From the NCBI GenBank assembly GCA_008632985.1, contig QPGO01000263.1, positions 1 through 64,000 of the forward strand: a stretch of DNA of 64,000 nucleotides, given 5' to 3'. This document shows positions 25,143 through 37,303 of the stretch, piece by piece. The notes beneath the pieces are model-generated. The model worked only from the letters and a program-made list of their open reading frames with translations. It was not told the DNA's origin and made no database searches. Origin of the DNA: Psammoneis japonica (taxonomy: Eukaryota). How positions within the stretch are numbered: the first letter of the stretch is position 1; each line of letters begins with the position of its first letter. A program made the translations under genes and the position numbers.

Positions 25143-27082
25143 TCACCCTCGGCACCTCCTTCCATTCCCGCCATGATCGTCAAAGTCGGAAACGAAATCT
25201 TCTTTGGTGCACTTTTGAACTTCGCGCGTCTCGATTGGATACAAGGGCCGCGCCACACTTTGCTCGGCATTGTGGACGCTCGTGGGATTGCAAGTGCCAT
25301 CAACGTGGGTAAACAAAATCCGTTTGATCTGATTCAATTGTCCAATTGAAATAATCATGGGATCAAGCATGACCCACCAGTGTGTTCTCATACACGGAGG
25401 TTCCGTTATGCTTCCCCAATAATGGTAGAAGTAGATGTCTCTCATGATCGCAAATGAGTAGGGATTGAAGACGCCAGTTTCTACCGGTTGTTCTTGTAGT
25501 TTTTGCCGCGCAAGTTCGAGCAGATCGGGATCGACCGGCGAAGGAGCCATAGACAAATCCCGTTCTTTTGTTCGTAACTGCCGCCCTTGACTTTCAATAC
25601 ACTCCATAGTATCGTTATAGTACACTTTCAAAAATTCATCCAGCACTGTTTGGAACTCTTGGTTGTGTCCATTGGCCGTCGCTCGAATTGGCACACCGAT
25701 CGAACCCATCCTATGGGGGTCTCCTGCGTGCATATGAAGCAGTTGCAATTCGGCGTCAAATGCTTCTCCTTCAAACCTATGTTCTCCCGGTACTTTGACA
25801 TCAAAATTGAGCAAATCAGAAAGTGAAGTAGAGCTAGAAGGGTACCTGGGGAAATCGGCCACGGGAGGACGATCTCTTGTACACTCGCGTTCTTCGAAAT
25901 CGTTACACGGCCGGCGATTCATGACGACACTGAGCTTGTGGGGCAAAATTTGCTTCTCAAATATGTCACTAGCGATTGGGTGCTTGCCGCACTGAATAGT
26001 GTGCCAAATTAGTGGAAACAAATGGCAAAAACAACAACCGCGAGCATCAGAAAAGGGCCGGAAAGATGAGATGGAAAACAGCAACACAATTATTTGTGGT
26101 AATCGGTGCAAAAGCAACTTACAGAATTTCGAATTTCATGGGGGGCTTCGCATTCAATGGTTGCAGTTAAATTCTTTGGCGATTGACTTCGACTACTCCC
26201 GTCACATCTATTCCTTGTCGGATCGTCCCGGAAATATCCCCTCCATGGTCCAAACCCATTTCGTCCAATTTCGCGCAATGGGTGACGACTCGTATCAACC
26301 CGATACCATGCATCAGGGCCGTAATCCTCATCATTTATGTCGTAGTTGAAATAACCCCGACCAGGATCTAGGGGGACAGGATTAGGATCCATATAGAATG
26401 GGCTTTCAGTTGGTGAAGGTGTCGACGATGGCTCGCTAGTCGGCTCAGATGAAGGACTAGCCGATGGGATAACACTAGGTGCCGAACTAGGGACAGCTGA
26501 CCGGCTTGGACTTGAGGTAGGAGCAGTTGTCGGGGAAGGAGACATGGTCGGCGCAGTTGTTGACGGGGGCGTAAATTGAGGCGGTCCCAGTGTCAGAGAA
26601 GTAGGCGGTCCCAGGGTCAGAGAAGGAGGCTTTCCCAGAGTCAGAGTATATTCTAATGAGAGCCAATCGACGATGGGACCTCTGCCAGCGGTTGCCAGCA
26701 GCTTCACGGTGTGACTGCCTTGGCTGAAAAACACAATCCTCGAATCTGTATTCCAGTTTGCCCAATCATTCGTCGCTGTCTCCGCAACAGTACCTATTTT
26801 GGTTTCGTCAATAACAAGATCCAAAGGATGGGCATCCAGGGCGGCATATCGAACAACCATGTCATAGGTTCCGGGTTGGGAAATGTCAACGGTCCACAAC
26901 ACGGAGCAACCAGCACTGTCCAAGTCTGCGTATCCTAGTCCTTCAGACCCTGGGATTATCTGGCAGTCGTTTATGGTGGCATCCTCGGCTTGGTACGTCT
27001 CTACCAAACCTGCCACCGCGGTTAGAGAGGTCAAGAGAATCAGAAGCAACATGGCAAGTCTGTTGCCGCACACAGGTGTCAT
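25143..27082 (-). CDS. Secreted CBM6/CBM35-like + Pro/Ser/Thr linker + alpha-carbonic anhydrase-like protein, copy A; intron 25992-26122
   Basis: Signal peptide; YQAEDA...GTYDMVVRYA...T.DWANW; YGPDAW, QSPKNL, PGEH..EGEAFDAELQLLH, YWGSITEPPC, ARPL. The GTAAGT...CAG intron joins the two ORFs. Confidence 0.85.
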
Positions 27083-29689
27083 CGTTGCTACTGTACAGCC
27101 GCTTCCATCTCAAAATGCGGTTTCGTTTCCAAAATTTTTGTGCGTGTGTTGGCTGCCGACGTTATTTCCTGTTCAGTTTTTGCGATACTATGTACATAGC
27201 ATATATAGGCATACTCGGAGTCGTGTAAGCTCAAAGAAAAGTAGTATGGTTGAAAGAGAGTGCAACGGAATGATGGTCGTGTCAAATATCTACATTCATG
27301 TCGTACTGTATTTACTGTATCATATTAAAAACTTACTGTACTGTACATGGCGTACGTTCTTGGTTCGCAAGTAGTACAGTAGGGCCCTCTAGTAGCTAGC
27401 TATGATACCGTGCACCGTGAGTCCACGTGTCGACCGTACAGTACGTCGCGCTCGAGAGTCGAGACCCGTCGTGCGCACCCCTTGCTTCGCAAGTGGTCTG
27501 TGGGATGTGGGTGTCGTGTGCGGTCATGTGCGATGACATCACATGCGTTGAGTCGGACACATTCACATTCTTGCGAACATGTGTGCATGCGTTTGAGGTT
27601 TGGAAGGCCACAATCGATGCATCAGCGGAAAGCGAAGCAGCGTTGGACTCATGCGCAGGCATGCTGCAGAGGGCGAAGGAATGCATTGGTCAACACAAGT
27701 GATGGAAGCAGGTGGAGACATCGCCATCAGACAAGATGCAAAGTTGGGTGAGACATGTGGCTTGGTGAACATTTGAGAGGCAGTCTTGGTGACATTGGAG
27801 GACTGGTGGTTGCATTGAAACTCAAGTGATTCCACCACCTTAAGAAGGACAAAAACACAACGGACAGTCAGCGCAACAACCGCGGAGACAGAACGAACGG
27901 AGTGGCGTGACAACAGGGCAAAGTCACACCTGAGAATTGTCAAATGTGGACATGCCAAAGTTTCTAGAAGCAACCAAGGTTTTGTTTGCATCATCTCCAT
28001 GATGGTTGCATGGTGGTCAGCAAACAAACGTGTCTTCCGCAACAGCGTTTGTGTTGTGTTGCCGCTTGTCCAAAAATGCACAGAAAGCTTTGATCTTCAC
28101 GTTGAGTCAAATGATCCACACATGGCAGCAGTGTTGCAGCAAGCCCACCAAGCAAAAGAGTGAGGATTTTGGATGCACATGATGGGCGTGAAAACACACA
28201 AAACAAACCAGCCCCAAACTGGGAGGAGACGTTTGGCAGAAAGGTTTTTCTTTGCCTCGCAGCTCAACAAAGTGCTCCATGCAATGGAGCAGCATGACAA
28301 TGCTTTGTGAAACTGCCAAGCCATTGCCTCAACAGCAGCCTGCTTAAGATTTGGGGAGGCCAAAGCTGTGAACCACATGAAGCAGGAACAAACGGCAGTC
28401 TCACATGAGCCTTCCACAAATGAAACAAAGGCGTTTGACACGGCATCGCTTGCATCAATGTCAAACAACTGCCAAATTTGATCTGTGGAAATGTCACCTT
28501 CTTTGTGAGAATGGGTTGGCTGAGCATCCAGCCAGTTGCCCTTTAAGAGTGGGTCATGCTCATGGCAAAGGACACAAACAGCATGGCCATCACCAGATGG
28601 TTCATCCGCGTGCCAATTGAACATCGCAGCAAAACGTTTTGTGTCTTTCATGTCTTTTAGTTGCAAATGCATGTGGTTGTTGTGTGGGATTGCAGCTCAC
28701 ACATGCAACACAGCACAGGAGCAAAGGATGTCACAGTGCTTGACCTTGTGAAACACAGAATTGTCTGCCCCACCACAACAGCAGCAGCACCGCTGCCTTG
28801 GTGAGTGCAAAGGCCCGCCAGTTGTGTTGCAGTGTCAACTCTTTTTCTTCTGGTGTCTTTTGGCAGGCCTGGCTGGAACCTGTTGCTTCAGTGGTGAAAA
28901 AGAACTCTTTGTCAATGCAAACAGCAGTGGAGGGAGAGAGCCAGCATGTGCAGTGGTGAGCACGGGCTTCCATGTCAACAGAAAACTGTCATGGGAAGAA
29001 GAAATCAAAAGAACAATCTTGGAGCCAACCGGCAATTGAAGGACATCCTCCAGAATTAAAAGATGGTGCTGGCATGTGAGGAGTTGCGTCAAGTCTGACA
29101 ACTCCCAATCAACGTGGTCAGGGAGTGACTTTTTCTGATGATCCTTTTGAAGACAACGTTGCATGGGGGCGGGTGGGTCGGATTCTTCACTGGAAGCATT
29201 TTGCTTGCTGTTGGACGGCTGTTTGGGCTTGCGTTTCTCATCAAAATTTTGCAGTGCCTTTTTCATCAATGTGGGAATGTTGGGTCATGGTGAGAAAGAA
29301 CCAGAAGAAAAAGATGCATCAACAAGAGGGTCTCAGAAAAACGAAAACAAGGCAGATTTGTCCAGCTCCAACATTGCCTCTCCTTTGGTTTTCTGTTTTT
29401 TGGTTTGACTGCAAAGCTGTGCACCTGGTGGCTTGAGAATCTGCCCTTCTGTGCCTTGAACAACATCACACAAATGCTTGGAGGGAAGACGTTCAAGAGA
29501 GTCAACAACTGGAGTGTGGACCAATTGCAAGTTGGAGCCTGTGCAACAGGCATGGGATCTGGAGAAGAAAAGGTGATGTCTTCTGGATCACATGCCAGTT
29601 GTGTTTGAGTGACCACTGCTGGAGCAAGTTGGTTGCTGTCTGCATGGGGTGTGCAGCAGTGTTGGGAGGGGTTGGGGACAATGGAGGAG

Positions 29690-30200
29690 ACATCGGCATG
29701 GTGGCATTTGTGACAGCATCTGTGGCAGGTGCTGGGGCAAATTGGAAAACTGTGTGAGTTGGCAGCATTTGGTTGTGGATGCCATTGGCACAAGACAACA
29801 ACAGCGTCAACATTGCCTGTGGCAGCAATGGCAGGAGCAACAGCATCGGGCATGCAGGTGGACCCAAACACAGGTGCGACATTGGCACTCATGACAGCAT
29901 CTGTTGGAGGCAGCAGAGGGTGGAAATGACAGTGTGAGTTGGCGCCATTCATTTGTGGATGTCATTGGCACAAGCCAGCGACAGTGTCAACATTGCCTTT
30001 GGCAGCAATGGCATGAGCAACAGCATCAGGCATGCCAGTTGAAAGAAATGCAGGCACAGTGTTGGCATTCAGGATGGCATCTGTGGGAGGTGGTTTGGCA
30101 AGGAAACAAAACAGCGTGAGTTGGCAGCATCTTGTTTTGCCTGCATCAGGCCATTCAGAACAGAAGCAATGGCATCACCTGTTGTGTCAGTGTCATTTGC
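29690..30200. repeat. Tandem repeat of about 180 bp, about 2.5 copies
   Basis: gtgagttggc(a)gc(c)att... recurs near 29754, 29934 and 30116, with a shared caacattgcct.tggcagcaatggca segment. Confidence 0.8.
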
Positions 30201-33200
30201 AACAGTGTCAGTGGGAACAGTGTCCTGGGAAGGTGTTGGGGAAGAATTGCGAGGCATCATCATGGTCGATCTGAGTTGATGCGTGCATTTTTTGCGGTGT
30301 GGAAATGGCCAAAAAAGTGTCTTTGTCTGGGGTTGAGAATGTGGTTCAGGATTTTTCCTGTTGCTGTTGGCATTTGTGCACAAATGCAAAATTTGGCAAC
30401 ATTTCATCATGTAAAAAATTCATGACGTGAACATTGTGCATCACCATGACATCAAAACCACATTCTCCACTTGCAAAAGGGCACATCTTGCACATGCGCT
30501 GGTGCGGCCACTTGTGGAAATCAGGGTGTGTGCAACCGTTCTGCCACCACAGAGCACAAATCTCCATGGGTGGAGATTTGCTCCCACTTTTGGAATTGTG
30601 GTGTGTCATGCATTTGCATGTTCATGCAATGAACATGGTGCAAAAATGTCACATCATGCACAATCTTCATAAAACATGCCACAGGCATTTGCTTGCCCAC
30701 TCCCCAGCATTTGGAAGAAAGAAAATGTTCAGACACTGACAAATTTTACATGCATGAAATTTGACACTGAGGTCTGCATGTGAACCTTGGCATCAGCATC
30801 TGAGCTCTTTCTTCCTCCCAGATTTGAAGACACCTTTTCACAAATCAAGCCACATCAAAAAAATGCTGCGCTTTCACCACAAGAGGGAACATGACAGCTC
30901 ACATGGCAGCACCACAGCCAATTGGGCAGAGCTTGGCAGGGTTGTTGGGATCTTTGTGAAGGGCTGTGAAGCAGTTGGCCAACAGAATTGTGCAGATTGC
31001 AGGAGGCAGAGTGTTGGACTGGACAAGCCTGGGTGGGTCTTTGAAGTGGAGAGGTGGGGAAGCATTTGTGTTTTGGTTGGGTTGAGGTCTTAAAAAGAGC
31101 ACATGCCTTGAGCCTCAAGAAGAAGGTCAGCAGAGTCTGCAAAGGGTCCAGCAGCTGCACCTGGCATGCATTTGCTGAGGGCAGAGAGCAAGTCTTCATC
31201 AGACAAATCTGGAGAAGCAGGAGGTTGTGCAGGGTTTTGGGTGGTGTTGGGTGGATGAGAATGTGGGACAGTTGATGTGAGGTGGACACAGGGATTCAAT
31301 GATGGAGTCAACAGCAGTGATTGGCAGATTTGATGCAGCTTGGCAACACACAATGCCAAGATTGTCAAAATCAGCTGAGCCTGTTGAGTGGTGTGGCAGC
31401 AGCTTGAGGTGGAGAAGTCAGGGGCGGTGTGAGTTTGTGTGAGCAGAGGTGAGATTGTGCATGTGGCGCTGCAAAGTTTGCACATGTGGCATTGATTGAG
31501 CACTGCTGCCAAGTCATCACCACCAAGTCAACTGCTGCTCCAGCACCACTGCGGTGGCAGCTGTGCTGAGACTGTTGTTTTTGCTGAGACTGTTGTCAAA
31601 AACACATTTTGACATGCCAGTCTGCAACTGACAATTGCAAATCCTAATCTGTGCATTGTGTCAAATGCATGTGCATCCCATCTGACAGCATCCAGCTCTC
31701 AATCACTGCCAATGAGTCCAACACAGGCACCTGCAGCATCAATCAACTTGACTTTTGGATTCTCCATGGCACCGCATGTTCAATCTTCTGACTTGAGGTC
31801 CACACAAAGGATCCTGGACCCATCATGACCACCCAAAAAATGCACCTTGTTCATTTTCCTGGTGGAGACCTGCGTTGGCAAGGGGATGATGGCCTTGGAA
31901 GACAGGACCTCAGAGTCAGACTGCCCCATTGAAGACAGCTCATCTGAAAGAGCTTCAAGGTGCTTGCAGACATCATGAAGTTCATCATTGCCACCATGGT
32001 TTCCCCCTTTGGCAGTGGCTTCATTGATGAGAACTGCGTGGAGAGTGTCCATGTCCATGGAGTGCTGTGGCCATTGGAAGGCACAACTGAGCATCCGTCC
32101 ATTGCCCACAACAGACAGCTGGATGCCAGGAAGGTCTGTGGTGCAAACACCAAATGAAGCTTCAATGACCAACACAACATGATTGGTTTTGGCAACAGAA
32201 TCCTTGCAAGTGGCTTGCAAAGCCATGGGCTTGAAGCTCTGCCAACCTCCTTGCCCACCACATCTCCACCACAGAAGCAACACTGGCTCCATTCATGACA
32301 GCAGTGGCATCATTGTGTTGTTCACAGAGGAGCTGGAGCCAATGCCATTGTCTGACCAGTGCTGTCAAGGCTGCCTGAGAACAGCTCTTTGTCACATGAA
32401 TGCGGTGACAATCAAAACTCACCATCGGGGTTCTTGTTGTTGTTGTTGTTCATTGTTTGATGAAGATTGAATCCAGTTTCATTTTTGAGCCTGCACAAGC
32501 CAGCATGGAGCTTGTCCAGTGGACAGCGCATGAACTTTGGGCGCAGCTGCTGGATCTCTTTTGGTGTCACTCCAGCACTTGTCCTGCCATCCATTGGCAG
32601 CATCTCTTTTTTAAGAGTTTGCAGTTGGTGGGCCCCTTGTGCCATGCTGCTCAAAGGGGGGTGGCAGCCTTCATGTCAAGAACTGATTTGGTTTGTTGGT
32701 TGAGTTTGGGCATGATTTCTTTTGTTTTTTCTTTTTCATGTGAGGATGGATGGTGCACAGTTGAGAGATGTCAAGATCAGCATTTGTGTTGATGGGCAGC
32801 AATGAGAACCCCATGTTTGAATGGGTGACAACCAACCCACCTCACCACTGTCCCTGGGGGACACTCTTTTCAAATTTGAAAAATTCCAGCCGCCAAAATG
32901 AGATTTGAGAGAACACCAACTGCCAAAATTGAGAAAGGGCCTCTTGAAATCAAAGATTTCCTCAAGACCACATGAAAAATGTTTGGAGTCCATGCAAAAA
33001 CTGTTCCCAAATTGCACCCAAAACAATTTTCAGCACAAGAACAATGACTTTGGGCCATCTCAACTGAAGAATCAGTGGCTAAATCCTCAGTTTCAGCTTG
33101 CATTGGCAATGGTGCTGATGGCAAACTGGCACCTGCAGCTTGTTTTGGCTTTTCATTGGCACATTTCTGTGCACTTTTTGTCTGTGAACAGGTGATTTCA

Positions 33201-33599
33201 TTTTGATTTGCAGAACAAGAATGCTTTTTTGATGCCCCATCAACCATGCTTAAAATTCTGCATCACATGTTGTGTCTCAACTGCCATGTTGGTTGAGCTA
33301 ACAGCATGAGTTGGAATGGTCATTCTACCAGGTTCCGGTTGATGAAATGATTCCCAAAGTTGCCATTTGCAAACGTCCTGAAGTCACCATTCTGAAACCA
33401 TGCCCGAATTGCTCTTTTTTTGAATTTTTTGTCACACACAACGGAGTCTCACATGGGGGGGCCTCTTCAAGTGAGAACACCAACTGCACGAAGATGACAA
33501 AACACAACTGTCAACAACAGCTGGATTGGCACAAATGGTGCCACAGAAAAAGTCTTTAAAACACACAATTGTGCATGCTGCCAATTGCAAATCATGAGT

Positions 33600-34388
33600 C
33601 TGCCCAGAGTCTGCCCAGAGTCTGCCCAAAGAGGCTGTGGAGCACTTGGCACAGACGATCATTCAGATGCCAAAAGGGTGCAGTGTGGAATCCTTGGTTC
33701 ACATCATGCTTCTGTGCCTCACAAGAAGCAGCATCTGAGTTGTGGGGGCTTCTGATTGACAATGGGAAAATGCCACAAGAAATTTTGCTCATTCACCTGC
33801 TCTGTGTTTTCTCAAATTGTGTGAATCTCAGGCAGTCATTGCTGGCATCTGCAATGAAATCCATTCACTGGGAAGACTGCTTCATTGACAACAATGGCAA
33901 CACATGTTTGGCGACACTTGACAGCACTGATTTCAAAATCTATGAGCCATCACCATTCAATTCAATGTGGTTCTCCCACAATTGCTGGGCTGCAGTGTGA
34001 AATTGGAGCATGCACTCAAACAGGGTGGATTGTTTGGGTCAATGGGCCACACCCAGCTGGGTTGGCAGATCTGAGTGTTGCTTGCAAATGGATCATTGAA
34101 GAGCTTGAAGATGGCAAGATGCATCTGGCTGACAGTGGCTGCAGCAATGGGAGCCAGCACAGCATGACTCCATCTGGCCCAAGAAATGCAGATGAGGCCA
34201 TGAAAACCACATTGAGGGCAAGGCATGAGGCTGTGAATGGGTGTCCCAAGCATTTCAGAATGCTTCGGAACAGATGCCACCACACAAAGGAAACACATTG
34301 CCGTGTGCTTCATGCTGTGGCCAACATCACACAGTTGGCCCTCATGATGGGTGACTCACCATTTGACATGGAGCATTTTGACAACTGA
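33600..34388 (+). mobile_element. PIF/Harbinger-type DDE transposase pseudogene (DDE_Tnp_4-like)
   Basis: LDSTDFKIYEP..WFSH, GLQCEIG..TGWIVWVNGPHPAG, LADSGC and RARHEAVNG correspond to DGTD, LRYE, GPYPAG, ADxGY and RARHETVN. Confidence 0.85.
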
Positions 34389-34499
34389 CATCAACAGCAG
34401 AAGAAGGCAAATTGTTGCCAAGATGATGTTGCCATGAATGTTTCTTGATCTCATGGCCAATGCAATGCTCTCACACAAGTCAATTGCAAGCAAAAGCAA

Positions 34500-36780
34500 A
34501 CCCCTCCTCTCTGCATTTTTCATCTCCAATTTCTGCAGATGATGGGGACCAGATGCCGATGCCGAGTGACAAAACAACAGCCTTGTCTCACACCAAGCTT
34601 GTGGTCAGTTGACTCCATTTCTCTTCAACTGAAGTGGCACATTGCTGGAGCTCTCACCACCACCACAAACACATCAGCCTTCACCCAATGACTTTTCCAA
34701 GATGGACAATTTGGCATTGACATCAAGAGAGGCCTTGACTGCCTTGCACACATGCCACACATGCCAATGTTGAGCAATGTCTCAACACCAAAGCACCCTC
34801 TCTTTTCTCTCTCTTGACCTTGTCAACTTTTTCTGGAGGCACATGCAACAGGGGACCAACAAACTGCCCAAAAATTCCATCTTCTCACACTCATCTTTGA
34901 CATTTTCCATGATGCACCCAACACATGCTGGTGTCATGACCCCACTGGTGCCTGGAAATCCTTTCTCCAACCAGAAGACTTTTGTCAAGACTGTCCTCTA
35001 GCCTTGCCCTTTGCTGCTCTTGTCTCCTCAGCACTCATCTCAAATGTCCAGACTCTCTGAACTTCATGAATGCCTCCCCTCAACCAACATCATGACCGCC
35101 TCTTTAAATTGGATGACACTGGCACCTGGCTCCCACATGCAAAACTGCCATGGTTCCTTGAATGTCTCATGACTGTTGGACCCCAATGTGGCTTTCTCAT
35201 CTCAGCCATGACAAGATCACCATCCTGCTGACCTCCACATTTTGGGCTCCTCCCCCCTCTCTGACCTGTCCTCAGCCAGTGCCACCACTCTGTGCCAAGC
35301 ACTGTTCTTCATGGATCCAAACAACAATCCGGCCTCATCTCCCAAAATTGCTGCAAGCCACCACATCCATGGCCAGCCCATTGGCAGCATTGTCTTCACA
35401 CAAACATTCCTGGCACAAAAATTTGCAACTCTCCACACCAACCTCAACTGTCTCTCATCTTCACTCCAAGATGCTCAAACCAAGAGATCCCTGTGCTGCA
35501 CATGTGCCATCTTCTCCATGCCCTGCACCTCCTGGTCTCCAATGTTTGTCACAACTTTGATCCACACAACCCCACTCCATCACCACATGGTCCTCTCCCT
35601 TTCAACATGACACTTGACAACACTCCAGTGCGTTTTTGAAACACAATCTCGCTGCCCACTCCCAACCCTTGCCACCCCATGCCTTGCTCTTCTCTCACAC
35701 ACTTGCATCTGAGCCAGCAGCATTGACTGTCACTCCATCTCAGCCAGCGCCATGCCCTTCCTTGTTGCTCAACTTAACTGCTTCTTTTGCTGCTCCACCC
35801 ATGGTCTCATCACATCCTCTGGTGATCCTCTCCCATTCCACATTCTGTGCCCAATCTCCATGCACCTGGGCCACCTCCAGACAATCACTGCACCTCTGTC
35901 TTCTGCCCCATCTGGACTCTTTGCCCCTTCCCTTGCCAACCTTGTTGAAACATCTTCACTCAAAACCCCACTCCAAACCCTGCATCATGCCCAGCACTTC
36001 AAACATCAATGTGAGACCAACTTTGACTGAGTGGTCCATCCCACATCATCAAGGCCATCCCTTCTTCCCTTTTGCCCCCCCCCCCCCCCCTTGCAAGCCT
36101 CCCACTTTGCTCCTTCACCCGCTAGACATCAAGCCAACGCTGCATCCCAACCATCTTCAGGCTCATGCTCCTGCACAAACTGCATGTCCAAATCTCCTCT
36201 GATCAACTTGACTCCATCTCCTGCTCACCCACTGTAACGGCACTGTTGACCCATGCGCTGGCATTCATGCTTTTTGCTGCCATGCCTTCAGACACAAGAT
36301 CGCCCTGTCTGGTGCACTCCACAACAGCTCATTTGCAATGCTCCAGACAATTGGCCCCTGCACTGACTCTTCCGCTGCACAACACAAACCAGCAAACCTC
36401 ATGCTGCACTCACCACTCAAACACCCTTCTGATGTCAGTGTAAAACTCACCCCTGCTTTCTCCACCACTTCTCCTCCAGGACACGGCTGCCTCAACAGAG
36501 ACATTGTGGTCCCTGCACCAACACTCCCAGCTCCTGGCTTGCCTGCCCCTGCTCAAAGCCCCTTTGCCAAGGCACACCACATGAGCACCAAGCAGAAATT
36601 CCATGGCACCCATGAAACTCAGTGTGGAACAACTGTGATCACCTCTCTGAATGCCACTGGGGTCCACCTGACCCCTTTCACCATTGACCGCCTTGGCACC
36701 CCTGGATGCTTTGCTCACCGCCTGCTCTTTGGAGCCAACCAAGATCACCCTGCACCAGTCCCACCGGCCCCACCCTGGAC
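34500..36780 (+). mobile_element. Decayed non-LTR retrotransposon (RT plus restriction-like endonuclease C-terminus)
   Basis: ttttgtcaagactgtcctcta (cf. FxQGCPL), GQPIGS..F, HPSDV and LTPFTIDRLGTPG..AHRLL. Many stops. Confidence 0.5.
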
Positions 36781-36861
36781 ATACGAATCCTCCTTGCAAC
36801 ACTCATCAGCCCATGCTGCCTACACCAATGCCCAGCTGTCTGCATCTGAACAAATGACACA

Positions 36862-37057
36862 TCACATCAAGGAATGGATGCTCTTGCTCAAGAAGCTACC
36901 GTGTCCATCTAATCGCGTCCACTATGTCGCGCTGCGTCCCAAGGACTATAAAATAAACCAAGTGACATGCATGACGGTTATTGAATTCCCAACCATTCAT
37001 GTAGTCTTCAATCAAGACGATTTACAGCGTTATTCAAGAATAATTGCAGAGCTATAA
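36862..37057 (+). pseudogene. Duplicated 3' end of BCD1
   Basis: IKEWMLLLKKLPCPSNRVHYVALRPKD...VIEFPTIHV is nearly identical to 24835-25040. Confidence 0.85.
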
Positions 37058-37119
37058 CCAGAGAATAAATTGTGTGCGCGTCACTAGAGACAATTTAAGA
37101 ATATTGTGGTGACGTTCTA

Positions 37120-37235
37120 CTTCTCTTACTTTTCGATCAAGGGATCACTGAATTCATTGTGAAGCTTCTTCATGTGATATATCGTCGGGATCGAAACCGT
37201 TTTGAAGCTACCGTAGGATGGGCCGCACCTGAAAT
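37120..37235 (-). pseudogene. Decayed copy of the last exon of the isochorismatase gene
   Basis: gggatcactgaattcattgtgaagctt..catgtg..accgttttgaag..ggatgggccgcacctg aligns by eye to 40060-40144. Confidence 0.65.
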
Positions 37236-37303
37236 AAATATGCTAAACGTCCAGAAGTGAGATTGAAGATACTGCAGAATGATCCAATGGGTCTTTATCA
37301 CCC

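Larger units (their letters stand above)
27445..36780. mobile_element. Degenerate nested TE block (TA/CG-depleted)
   Basis: Contains a DDE transposase remnant, a non-LTR remnant, tandem repeats and Tyr-free ORFs. Confidence 0.8.

Noticed and set aside
33885..34388. Alternative genetic code or RNA editing as the explanation for missing Tyr
   Set aside because: Neighbouring genes use Tyr normally, and TA loss affects all frames and non-coding repeats.
36338..37057. 239-aa ORF as a real gene
   Set aside because: Chance in-frame fusion of a retroelement remnant and a duplicated BCD1 tail.
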